A DNA stretch of 40,831 nucleotides from Candidatus Methanomethylophilaceae archaeon (GTDB taxonomy: Archaea > Thermoplasmatota > Thermoplasmata > Methanomassiliicoccales > Methanomethylophilaceae). The stretch is taken from contig JBAYAO010000001.1 in the NCBI GenBank assembly GCA_041669745.1, positions 1 through 40,831 of the forward strand, read 5' to 3'. A program made the position numbers and the translations under genes. The notes beneath the pieces were generated by a model. It searched no databases. It was not told the origin of the DNA and saw only the letters and a program-made list of their open reading frames with translations. Positions 17,219 through 25,949 of the stretch are shown piece by piece. Position 1 is the stretch's first letter. Each line of letters begins with the position of its first letter.

Positions 17219-18551
17219 GCTGTTCTTTGAGTATGTTATCGAGATTGGCAAGGAACGTCTCCTCACAGCCAGCCTCGAAGGATGCGCCGCTAGCTATCTT
17301 ATGGCCGCCTCCCGTGCCGCCTACCGAATCAGCGGCGAGTCTCATGGCCGAGGAGAGATCGATGCCCTTGTCCAGCTGTTGCCACATTCCTCTGGATGAG
17401 ACCTTTGCTTTTCCATCTGAACTATTGATCCCGATGGTGGGTTTGTCAGGGTCGCCTATGAACTGCATCGCGATACCGCAGAGTATGCCGGTGAATCCCG
17501 ATGAGGTGCTGTCGAAATGCTGGAGATGTTCCATCTGCGTAAGGCCTTTGTTGTCAAGGTCTGTTATCGATGTAACGATCTTGTTCTTTGATTCGTTGTT
17601 CAATTCGACCGCTCTCACCAGGTCGTTATCGCTTCCCAGGCAAACCGATACCCCTATACCGCCGACACCGGAGCGCCCGCAAGCATTCAATATATCTGCA
17701 AAGGATTCGGCATCCATGCCCCAATCCTTCAGGAAGTATCTGGTTCTGGCAACCTCTTTCATGGTTTGAAGTGTCACGCCCTGTCTGGTCAATTTTATCG
17801 CGATCAGCGTGGACAATCTTCTCTTTTCGTCATCGGTAAGGTCCGTAAAAGATTCATCCAGAGAGACACCAGCATCCTTCAGGATCTGTGAAACGCCCTC
17901 CTGATTTCCGGTGACGCCCCTTATGTAGGGGTCCGTCGTAAGATACAGGGCCTTGGACATAGGTCCAGGGGGGACCAACGAACCCTCGGTAACTTTGACC
18001 AACCCTCTTCTGACGCCCTCATCCAGAAGATATGTGTTCAGACCGCTCAGTCCGTTGATGTGCTGTCTGTCGCCTGCTATACCCGCGAACGCGATCTGGA
18101 CAAGGTCCCAGTTTTCTTCGTTCATGAAAAGGGAGAAGAGAAAGGCCATGGTAGCACCGCATCCAGAGGTCATACCGTCAATGCCGACCAGATGCGGATT
18201 GGCATAGCAGATTGTTTCCGAATCATCGGGTGTGCTGTGATGGTCCAGCACGATAATCTTCTTGTCCATCTTCTCTAGCTGTCTGATGTATGAGGCACCT
18301 AGGTCCGTCATAAGGATGCAGTCGGCTCCGCATTCCTTTACGATTTCGAAATACTCGTCATTCATGGTGGTGAAGAGCGTAACTGCGTATTCCTTATCGG
18401 CTCTGGACAAGGTCTTTGCAATGATACCGGCGGCAGAGATCCCATCTGCGTCGTGGTGTGAGAAAACCTGAATAAAACCATGACTGCGAACGATCTCCGC
18501 CGCAGATGATAAACGATTAAAGAGTTTTGAAGGTAGGACGTTTTCGTCCAT
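17202..18551 (-). CDS. RecJ-like DHH/DHHA1 phosphoesterase (archaeal RecJ/GAN/Cdc45 family)
   Basis: DHH motifs are [18 protein letters not shown] and [13 protein letters not shown]. The 3' end overlaps the kae1 3' end by 17 nt. Confidence 0.85.
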   Translation of the reverse strand: MDENVLPSKLFNRLSSAAEIVRSHGFIQVFSHHDADGISAAGIIAKTLSRADKEYAVTLFTTMNDEYFEIVKECGADCILMTDLGASYIRQLEKMDKKIIVLDHHSTPDDSETICYANPHLVGIDGMTSGCGATMAFLFSLFMNEENWDLVQIAFAGIAGDRQHINGLSGLNTYLLDEGVRRGLVKVTEGSLVPPGPMSKALYLTTDPYIRGVTGNQEGVSQILKDAGVSLDESFTDLTDDEKRRLSTLIAIKLTRQGVTLQTMKEVARTRYFLKDWGMDAESFADILNACGRSGVGGIGVSVCLGSDNDLVRAVELNNESKNKIVTSITDLDNKGLTQMEHLQHFDSTSSGFTGILCGIAMQFIGDPDKPTIGINSSDGKAKVSSRGMWQQLDKGIDLSSAMRLAADSVGGTGGGHKIASGASFEAGCEETFLANLDNILKEQLSSAK

Positions 18552-18559
18552 GGAACACC

Positions 18560-19015
18560 TTACTTAAGCATGAGCTCCACAGTGTTGAGTGAATATTTCC
18601 AATCCTTGGGCAGAACGCCGTTATCCTTGTAGTAGCGTTCCAGTCTTCTGATCTTCGCTTCGATCATCTGGAGTCCTCTCCGGTTGGCAACGTCTCCACG
18701 GTTGTTCTTTATGTGAACGTTGAGCGTGATGGCGCGTCTCATCAGATTGGATAGATCCTCGGGAAGTGCGGGCGATACGCCTTTTGCTTCCATAATCTTT
18801 GTCACTGTGCTTCCGGTAGCGAGCTTAACGTCCGGAACTCCGTACTGGTCTCTTAGAACAAGTCCGATCTTGGCTGAGTTGTTGCCGTCCTTGGCCATTT
18901 TGACTATTATGTCCTCTATCTCGGTGGCTGAGATGGGAACCCATGCAGGGTTCTCGGTGACCATGGGGCGCTTCGAACAGGATTTGCCCTTTCTTCTTGT
19001 ATGCATTCTTGCCAT
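18560..19015 (-). CDS. rps15: 30S ribosomal protein uS15 (S15P/S13e)
   Basis: The translation reads MARMHTRRKGKSCSKRP...LVLRDQYGVPDVK...RRLERY. The protein is 151 aa from the internal Met. A TATA-like TTTAAATA lies upstream. Confidence 0.92.
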   Translation of the reverse strand: MARMHTRRKGKSCSKRPMVTENPAWVPISATEIEDIIVKMAKDGNNSAKIGLVLRDQYGVPDVKLATGSTVTKIMEAKGVSPALPEDLSNLMRRAITLNVHIKNNRGDVANRRGLQMIEAKIRRLERYYKDNGVLPKDWKYSLNTVELMLK

Positions 19016-19144
19016 GATGTAATTCCTCTGAATCATTCAGGCGGCGAGGCTGGTTCTACCCTATCTAATACTAATATTTAAAGCAAATCACACACGGCTG
19101 CAAATGACCGATTGTAAATCCTCGCCTCATAACGCAACGATGAT

Positions 19145-20140
19145 TCACTGGCGGATACAGCATCTGGCCCATTCGATGACGTTTTCGTATTCATCGGTAT
19201 CAAAGGCCAGATTATCGGGCAGGGTCTCAAACAACTCGGACTCCATCTCTCCCTTCGAGATCTTTTTTCCCAGCAGGCACACACAGACATCGCAGTATCC
19301 TATGTTCTTCTTGTCGATCAGTGCGGCCTCGTATCCGGATTCCTCAAGGCATTCTCTCACTGCAGCCTGCTCGGTGGTCTCATCGTTCTCCACCTTGCCG
19401 CCGGGCATCTCCCAGCCCTTTCTTTTGAGATTATGCACCATCAGGAACCTGTCGTCCTTCATCACTATGCAGTACACTGTTCTGGGCCTTTCCGCGACGA
19501 TAATGGCATGGGCGCCCTCATACGGTTCCAGGCTTCTCATGTCGAGTATCCTGCATCCGCGATTCAGAAGGCGTTTCCTAGCTTCCTCGAAAACGGTCTT
19601 TGGCTCTGCAGTGACATCTTCGGAACGTGCTTTGATGCACACCATCCCGTATCTGGCATTGAAGCGCTCCATGTTGTTTGCCAATATGTCGGCCTGATTC
19701 TTCTGTGCGACATCGGAGTAAACGATATCCACTTTATCGATCAGAAAACCATATTCTTCCGGATCCGTGGCATCGCCGAGGATAGGATTCATATTGTCCC
19801 TTCTTTCGGCTGTCTTGACAAGGTCCCTGAAGGATCTGGGTGAAAATTCGACACAGTATACCTTTCCGTTGCGCACGATGTCCGAGACATGGGAAGAGGT
19901 GGTTCCACTGGCAGCTCCGAGATAAAGGACGTGTGACGATCGTGTAAAAGGGAAGGCGGTCCCGCCGCACGTGATGTATGCCGAAAGTTTGCTTCTGTCA
20001 GGGGACCATTCACGGTATTCTGTTCCAGAGATGGTCAAAAGGCGTTCACCGTACACCCTCATTCCAGGATTTCGCGATACCGTATACAGTCTTCCCTTTT
20101 CGGAGAACACTGTTCCATCTGTGCATTTCAAAGGTTCCAT
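19145..20140 (-). CDS. flpA: Fibrillarin (box C/D rRNA/tRNA 2'-O-methyltransferase) fused to a C-terminal Nudix hydrolase domain
   Basis: Residues 1-218 are fibrillarin: VYGERL, EYREWSPDRSKLSA and VLYLGAASGTTSSHVSDIV. Residues 221-331 are Nudix, with the box GKVENDETTEQAAVRECLEESGY at nt 19331-19399. It is one uninterrupted ORF. Confidence 0.85.
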   Translation of the reverse strand: MEPLKCTDGTVFSEKGRLYTVSRNPGMRVYGERLLTISGTEYREWSPDRSKLSAYITCGGTAFPFTRSSHVLYLGAASGTTSSHVSDIVRNGKVYCVEFSPRSFRDLVKTAERRDNMNPILGDATDPEEYGFLIDKVDIVYSDVAQKNQADILANNMERFNARYGMVCIKARSEDVTAEPKTVFEEARKRLLNRGCRILDMRSLEPYEGAHAIIVAERPRTVYCIVMKDDRFLMVHNLKRKGWEMPGGKVENDETTEQAAVRECLEESGYEAALIDKKNIGYCDVCVCLLGKKISKGEMESELFETLPDNLAFDTDEYENVIEWARCCIRQ

Positions 20141-20229
20141 CAGGGTCGCTGTATATATCGTAGTTGAAACGAATATAAAATGGAAGTTATCAGAATAGTA
20201 AATTATATCGGTAGATCATCCTCATCACG

Positions 20230-21846
20230 ATGATACAAACACTCAGGGCAATTGCAGAAGATGTATCGAAGGCGATCAGGACGATACCGAAATGTGTCGA
20301 TATCGGGGAGGAGATCTGCATCGGAGCGGACGGTACACCGACCTCTAAAATCGACAAGATCGCCGAGAATACCGTCCTGAGTTACATTCAGTTACACGAG
20401 ATCCCTTTGAATATATTGAGCGAAGAGATAGGTTTCGTCGATAACGGTGCAGAAGACACGCTTGTTCTTGATCCCATAGACGGAACGACCAATTCGGTCA
20501 TCGGGGTGCCGATGTTCACGATCTCGATGGCCGTAGGAAAAGGTTCTATGAACGGGATGCACACAGCATATATCCGAAATCTGATCACAGGCGACGAGTA
20601 TACGGCGGAAAAGGGAAACGGCGCGTATCTCAACGGTGAAAGAATACACAGTAAGAGCATATCGGATCCGAAGAGATTGATGATGATGATATACCTCGGC
20701 AACGGAGCCGATCCGCAGGCATTCGCGGTAGCAAAACGTGTCAAATCATCGAGAGCCTACGGATGCGCATCGTTAGAGATGACATTGGTCGCTACCGGCA
20801 AAGCCGACGGATTCCTTATGCAGTCTGAGAACTACGCAAGGGCGATCCGTATCGTGGATATTGCGGCCAGCAGTCTTATACTCAGGGAGGCCGGGGGTGA
20901 GGTTTACGCATTGGACGGTTCTGTATTGGATATGCCGTTCGACCTCGAGCACAGGTCAAATTTCCTTGCCGTGGGGGACAACAGGGTATTCGATTACATC
21001 ATGGGCGGAGGAGGGACACTTCCGGAAGGCATCGAAAGACCGAGATATGGGATATATGTCAATATGAGCATCCCTTCGGTAAAGGAAATAGCCGCCAGGG
21101 TGATGAAGGCACTGGAAGGCGAGAGTTATGTTCTGGATTCGGAGATCGCCGATGCTATGGGACTGAAGGGATGTCCGCTTGACATGATGGATGTCGACAT
21201 ACTCATAACCGTGGGCGGTGACGGTACGATATTGCGTGCCATGCAGAGCACCGATGCCAGGATAATAGGGGTGAACGCAGGCGGAATAGGATTCCTCACA
21301 GAGATAGATGCCGATGATATTGAAAAGGGCGTAAAGAGGTTGCAAAATGGGGACTATACGGTACAGAGAAGGGCGAAGCTCAGGGTGACCTACAGGGGGG
21401 AGGTGCTCGGGGACGCGGTCAACGAGGCGGTCATCCATACGGATTCAGTGGCGAAGATCAGACGTTTCAAGGTCTACGTGAACGATTCACTGGCGACAGA
21501 CATCCGTGCGGACGGGATACTGCTTTCGACACCCACGGGTTCTACATGTTACGCCATGAGCCTGGGTGCACCCATAATAGACCATCGTGTCAATGCTTGG
21601 GTGATGGTCCCTATGGCGGCATTCAAATTCTCATCAAGACCCATGATCATCCCGACATCTGCCAAGGTTACGGTGGAGATGGTTATGGAAAAGGGATGTC
21701 TTCTGGTCATCGACGGACAGAAGGAGTTCAGTCTTCCTGGGGGTTCCAAGATAGAGCTCACGAGATCGTCAAAATATGCGACATTCATAATGTTCGACAC
21801 CGATTTCTATTCTCGCATAAGGGAAAAGCTGGTGAACGCTTTATGA
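20230..21846 (+). CDS. Bifunctional inositol-monophosphatase-family NADP phosphatase / NAD kinase (MJ0917-type fusion)
   Basis: The N-terminal half has LDPIDGTTN and EE...D IMPase motifs. The C-terminal half has the NAD kinase motifs TVGGDGTILRA, NAGGIGFLTE and STPTGSTCY. Confidence 0.9.
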   Translation: MIQTLRAIAEDVSKAIRTIPKCVDIGEEICIGADGTPTSKIDKIAENTVLSYIQLHEIPLNILSEEIGFVDNGAEDTLVLDPIDGTTNSVIGVPMFTISMAVGKGSMNGMHTAYIRNLITGDEYTAEKGNGAYLNGERIHSKSISDPKRLMMMIYLGNGADPQAFAVAKRVKSSRAYGCASLEMTLVATGKADGFLMQSENYARAIRIVDIAASSLILREAGGEVYALDGSVLDMPFDLEHRSNFLAVGDNRVFDYIMGGGGTLPEGIERPRYGIYVNMSIPSVKEIAARVMKALEGESYVLDSEIADAMGLKGCPLDMMDVDILITVGGDGTILRAMQSTDARIIGVNAGGIGFLTEIDADDIEKGVKRLQNGDYTVQRRAKLRVTYRGEVLGDAVNEAVIHTDSVAKIRRFKVYVNDSLATDIRADGILLSTPTGSTCYAMSLGAPIIDHRVNAWVMVPMAAFKFSSRPMIIPTSAKVTVEMVMEKGCLLVIDGQKEFSLPGGSKIELTRSSKYATFIMFDTDFYSRIREKLVNAL

Positions 21847-22217
21847 AGAGGATATATGCAGTGGATATCGAATTCATAGATTCTTTCAACGAATCAGCCA
21901 AAGCCTGCTATCCCAAGGAATTCCTGTGCATGACAAGGGTCTATGACGGAGTCATATCGGAAATGATCCTTCTGCCCGGAACGGTGTTCGGTGACAGTCA
22001 CAGTTTCTTGAACGAATGGATGTCGCCGATAGATTATGATCTCGCTGGTACGGCGCATTCCCACCCAGGTTACAGCAATCAACCGTCCGGTGACGACAGA
22101 TCTCTGTTCAGCAACATGGGCGGGATACATTTCATCACCTGTCAGCCATATGACAGGAACAGCTGGAGAGCTTACAATTCCGACGGGAAACCCGTCGAAT
22201 TGGAGATCAAATATTGA
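21843..22217 (+). CDS. Minimal JAMM/MPN+ metalloprotease (124 aa)
   Basis: It carries the exact JAMM motif HSHPGYSNQPSGDD (HxHx7Sx2D) with an upstream Glu (PKEF). The ATG overlaps the NAD kinase stop (ATGA). Confidence 0.8.
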   Translation: MKRIYAVDIEFIDSFNESAKACYPKEFLCMTRVYDGVISEMILLPGTVFGDSHSFLNEWMSPIDYDLAGTAHSHPGYSNQPSGDDRSLFSNMGGIHFITCQPYDRNSWRAYNSDGKPVELEIKY

Positions 22218-23517
22218 CAGGTTTAAGACTCGAGGTGACGATCTGCTTGGCGATCTCCATCAGTCCCACTACGTAGGCCTTGTCCCTTGCCTCGACGGTT
22301 ATGTCGATAACGCTGTCGGTGTCGGAGAATCTTACGAGGAACCATCCGGATTCCATTTCGACCCTCCATCCGTCCACATCGTACATGTTGATGTAGTCGA
22401 CATCGCCGATCTTAGAACAGATTCTCTTGGCGATCCCGTCACGGTCCTCTGAATACCTAACGGATGTGTTCTCGCGCAGATATGTCGGTAGCTCATCGAT
22501 CACATCTCTGAGACTGGATTCGCTGGCTATCTTGCTGATGTATGCCGCAGCTGCAATCCCATCCGGTGCATAGGATATCTTTGAGATGAAGAAAGAGCCG
22601 TCCTCGCACCCGCCCGTATCAAGGCCATTGTTCTTGATGGATTCTCCGACGTGATGGGCACCCAGTTTCGTGATGACTATATTGCCCTTCATTAGGTCCT
22701 TCACTGCCATCGTGGTATCTATCGGGATGGCGATATTTTTGGGTTGGAAGAATTTGATGAACAATGCCAGCAATGTGGTGCCGTCAACGTATCTTCCGTC
22801 CTCGTCAATGGCGGCTATGCGTCCGCCGTCGCCGTTCAAAGCGATGCCGATACTTCCGTAATTTGATTTCACGACCTTCGACAAGGTCTTCAGATTGATT
22901 TCCTCGAGAGAGGGGGACCGTCCCGGTGATCTTCCGTCGGAGTGACAGTTCACGGTGAGTGCATCTGCGCCTATGTCCGTGATCAGCTGCGGTGCGACGA
23001 GCGATGCGCACCCGGATGCGCAGTCCACGACGACCTGGCAATCGACCATGCCGATCTCCTTTGCCACCTTCGCACGGTAGTTGTCGATGGAACCCGTCAC
23101 GTAGCGTACGTCACCGATGGATTTGAAGGAGGGGAGCATTTTCTCCTTTTCGAAACGACTGCCGAAGGCGAACATCTGAGAATCGGTGAAGAATGTGCCG
23201 TCCGTATTCCAGAACCTAAGACCGCTGACACAGTCTCTGCTCTCAGGCGAACCGATCGTTACGCAGCATTCCGTCCCTTTGCTGGCAAATGGCAATACCG
23301 GTGATGGGACTATGCCTGCATCATGTACATTCGCTCCTGCTGCCGTAAGGCCTGCTATGAGACTGCTGCGTACCATCATGCTGGTGGGATGAAGGTCACG
23401 CGCAATGGTCACACTCTTGTATTGTGTTCCGATGGTCTTGCCTATGTTCAGAACGAGTTCGGGAGTGATCTCCCCGTCTAATGTTCCTTGAATATTGGCC
23501 ACTCCGATAAGGGGCAT
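22207..23517 (-). CDS. Alpha-D-phosphohexomutase-family protein (GlmM/PMM-like) with degenerate catalytic loops
   Basis: The family-wide layout is recognisable (MPLIGVANIQG..., sugar loop GGCEDGS, phosphate loop RFSDTDS). The Ser loop reads TIGSPES instead of TASHNP. The metal loop reads NGDGGR instead of DGDGDR. The start at 23517 has AGAGGA upstream, and the ORF is open to 23685. Confidence 0.7.
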   Translation of the reverse strand: MPLIGVANIQGTLDGEITPELVLNIGKTIGTQYKSVTIARDLHPTSMMVRSSLIAGLTAAGANVHDAGIVPSPVLPFASKGTECCVTIGSPESRDCVSGLRFWNTDGTFFTDSQMFAFGSRFEKEKMLPSFKSIGDVRYVTGSIDNYRAKVAKEIGMVDCQVVVDCASGCASLVAPQLITDIGADALTVNCHSDGRSPGRSPSLEEINLKTLSKVVKSNYGSIGIALNGDGGRIAAIDEDGRYVDGTTLLALFIKFFQPKNIAIPIDTTMAVKDLMKGNIVITKLGAHHVGESIKNNGLDTGGCEDGSFFISKISYAPDGIAAAAYISKIASESSLRDVIDELPTYLRENTSVRYSEDRDGIAKRICSKIGDVDYINMYDVDGWRVEMESGWFLVRFSDTDSVIDITVEARDKAYVVGLMEIAKQIVTSSLKPVNI

Positions 23518-23725
23518 GATGAGTCCTCTAGCATCGTTCCCCATGATAAATGTTTTTTTGAAACATCGACCGATAGCCAGGACAAAGAAGACATCTTGGA
23601 TATATTCGAAGGACGTACAGAGCGAAAAAATAGTCTGGGTCGTAGATTTTTTGGCAAAGTTATATATACTGACTATATAAATCAATAATCTGGCTAAGCC
23701 GAAGAGGCCGTGTCAGAGGGATAAA

Positions 23726-23944
23726 ATGGTAATGGAGAAAATCGACTTTGGAAAGGCGAAGGCAATCGCATCCAACAAGGGACTGAAACCCGGTAAAGTG
23801 AAGGGTACCGAGGGAATCCAATTCACCAAAGGGAAGAACGACAGACTCGTTGTTATCGGATGGGATGAGTTCGAGGCCATACTCAGGAAGAGAAAGCTTT
23901 CCGTTTACGAAAGCGGCGGATGGATGAAGATAATGAAGGCGTGA
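23726..23944 (+). CDS. Small basic hypothetical protein (72 aa)
   Basis: This is a clean, Lys-rich ORF followed by a hairpin plus T-run. No motif was recognised. Confidence 0.45.
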   Translation: MVMEKIDFGKAKAIASNKGLKPGKVKGTEGIQFTKGKNDRLVVIGWDEFEAILRKRKLSVYESGGWMKIMKA

Positions 23945-23968
23945 GCCCTCGAAACGTTTTATGAGAGG

Positions 23969-23998
23969 GGTCGGGCAAAACCGACCTGCGTCACTCTT
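23969..23998 (+). terminator. Hairpin GGTCGG-gcaaaa-CCGACC followed by a T-rich tract
   Basis: The stem is 23969-23974 paired with 23981-23986, followed by CTCTTTTT. It lies downstream of the 72-aa ORF. Confidence 0.4.
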
Positions 23999-24006
23999 TT
24001 TATATT
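23999..24006 (+). promoter_or_regulatory. TATA box TTTATATT for tRNA-Leu
   Basis: The element lies 24-31 nt upstream of the first tRNA base (24030), the canonical archaeal spacing. Confidence 0.5.
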
Positions 24007-24029
24007 ATCATGTGATTCGCACGGCCAAC

Positions 24030-24116
24030 GCAGGGGTTACCGAGCCTGGCCAAAGGTGCTAGATTCAGGGTCTAGTCGTTAGTCGTTCGTGGGTTCAAAT
24101 CCCATCCCCTGCACCA
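24030..24116 (+). tRNA. tRNA-Leu (anticodon CAG), long variable arm, CCA encoded
   Basis: The acceptor is GCAGGGG/CCCCTGC. The anticodon stem is CTAGA/TCTAG with loop TTCAGGG. The T-loop is GGGTTCAAATCCC and the 3' end is ACCA. Confidence 0.92.
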
Positions 24117-24184
24117 ATGCGTTTGTTTTCTCGTTTTCCGTCGGGTATCGCCCCGGAGAGGTGTGACGGTGTCTTGAACGATCG

Positions 24185-25576
24185 TCAATCGTGATCTTCG
24201 TCCTTCATGACGGAGTCCTTGTGGATCATTATGGAGTGCAAGACTGCCAGGCTTAGGAGTCCCATGCCGATGGATCCTATGATTTCTCCGTACGCAAGAC
24301 CCCACCACAGAGCTCCGATATATCCGAACGTCGAAGCATATGCGAATATCCCGAGGATCAGGAGATTCCTGAGCAGGGAGGAGGTCATGGCGAGCATTCC
24401 TTTTCCCAATGACTGAAGCAATGAGGAACTTATGAAGATCCATGACATGAATACCAGATATACACAGCATATGCGTAGCAGGTCGACCATATCCGGCTGC
24501 AGTCTTTGCATGTTTCCCGAATAGGCGAACATCATGGTGGTCTGATCGGCGAAGAGGAACACTGCCACGGAGATGACGGTCATCACCGCTATCGTGATTT
24601 TGAGGGAATAGTAATATCCGGCCCCTATCCTGTCGAATCTCTTCATCCCGTATGCTGCTGCGCATACGGGAACGATCGCCGCAGCTATGGCCTGAGCCGG
24701 GATCAACAGCATGTAGTTAAGTTTCCACACTGAACTATATACGGCCATGGCATCACTTCCCCCGACATTCATGATATAGGCGTTCATGAATATGTTCATT
24801 ATCGCCATGATCGACAGTTCGAGAGACTGTGGAAATCCTACGACCATTATATCCTTTTGAAGGGGTCTGCTGAATTTGAGATGTTTCAGGTTCAGGTCTA
24901 TATACAGGTCCTTTTTCACCAGATACCAATAGAATGCGATGATCAATGATATGCTAGTTGCCAGAATGGTCGCCCAAGCCGCACCGGCGGTCCCCAGACC
25001 TGCCGTATATATCAATAGCGGGTCGAATATGATGTTTAGCACAGCGCATGTGACCAGAACGATCATTGACCTTTTTGCAGCACCCTCGGATCTGAGAAGG
25101 CCTGTGATGACACCGAGCATCAATGTCACTATCGAGCAGGCGGTCAACGGATAACCGAAGTCGAGTCCATACTGCAACGTGGTATCTGTACCTGAATAGA
25201 GCAACAACGGTCTGACAAGCAATACAAATATCGGGGTTACGATGATTGCGACCAGGAATATCAGCAGTATGGTCTGTGCTGCGGTCCTGTCTGCGAGCTC
25301 CTTCTCCCCTCTTCCGAGTCTTCTTGCGATCGCGGATGATGCGCCGATACCTATTCCTGTACCCAGTCCTGTGAGAGTGGAGTATAGTGGGTATATCAGA
25401 CCGACGGCGCACATGGCATCGGCACCGAGACCAACGACCCAAACGACATCGACGAGATTATTGAGATTCTGAACGAACAAAGATATGGCAAGCGGAACCG
25501 CCATCACGATGATGGCTCTCTTAGGATTGCCCAAGAGTGTTTCGACGTCATGCGTCATCCTTTTCGTTTCGTTCAC
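24185..25576 (-). CDS. MATE family efflux transporter
   Basis: The ORF has 463 codons and about 12 TM segments. The N-terminal LLGNPKRAIIVMAVPLAISLFVQNLNNLVD is typical of NorM/MATE proteins. Confidence 0.85.
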   Translation of the reverse strand: MNETKRMTHDVETLLGNPKRAIIVMAVPLAISLFVQNLNNLVDVVWVVGLGADAMCAVGLIYPLYSTLTGLGTGIGIGASSAIARRLGRGEKELADRTAAQTILLIFLVAIIVTPIFVLLVRPLLLYSGTDTTLQYGLDFGYPLTACSIVTLMLGVITGLLRSEGAAKRSMIVLVTCAVLNIIFDPLLIYTAGLGTAGAAWATILATSISLIIAFYWYLVKKDLYIDLNLKHLKFSRPLQKDIMVVGFPQSLELSIMAIMNIFMNAYIMNVGGSDAMAVYSSVWKLNYMLLIPAQAIAAAIVPVCAAAYGMKRFDRIGAGYYYSLKITIAVMTVISVAVFLFADQTTMMFAYSGNMQRLQPDMVDLLRICCVYLVFMSWIFISSSLLQSLGKGMLAMTSSLLRNLLILGIFAYASTFGYIGALWWGLAYGEIIGSIGMGLLSLAVLHSIMIHKDSVMKDEDHD

Positions 25577-25676
25577 GGTGTCATCTCACTCTCAATTATG
25601 GAAGGGTCAGGTAAAAATATTCCCTCCTGAATTTTTTTAAATCATTCGTTTGCGGAAAGATGCGTCAGGACAAGAA

Positions 25677-25949
25677 TCAAAATATCGATATGACCATCCC
25701 TGCGGTAGTTACGGTGATCAATATGACAGCCACCGTTAACCATTTGGTATCTTTTTCGATCGCCAGAGACATGGCCGTTACCAAGATGCCTATGAACGGC
25801 GAGAGGATTAGAACCAGAATCCCCAACCAGACCACATCCATGGAATATTCCGTATCAAGAATCGACATGGCCATTCCGATGAAAAGTATGGCGATCCCCG
25901 TGAACATATTGTATCTCAGTACGGAAGCTGTGCAGTCGTATGTTCTCAT
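25677..25949 (-). CDS. Small membrane protein (DUF1634-like partner of TauE)
   Basis: The protein is 90 aa with 3 hydrophobic segments. Its start overlaps the TauE stop by 4 nt. Confidence 0.55.
   Translation of the reverse strand: MRTYDCTASVLRYNMFTGIAILFIGMAMSILDTEYSMDVVWLGILVLILSPFIGILVTAMSLAIEKDTKWLTVAVILITVTTAGMVISIF

Noticed and set aside
23518-23685. The phosphohexomutase-like ORF has a 56-codon AT-rich N-terminal extension.
   Set aside because: The family-typical N-terminus starts at MPLIG with an upstream AGAGGA. The extension is AT-rich, promoter-like sequence.
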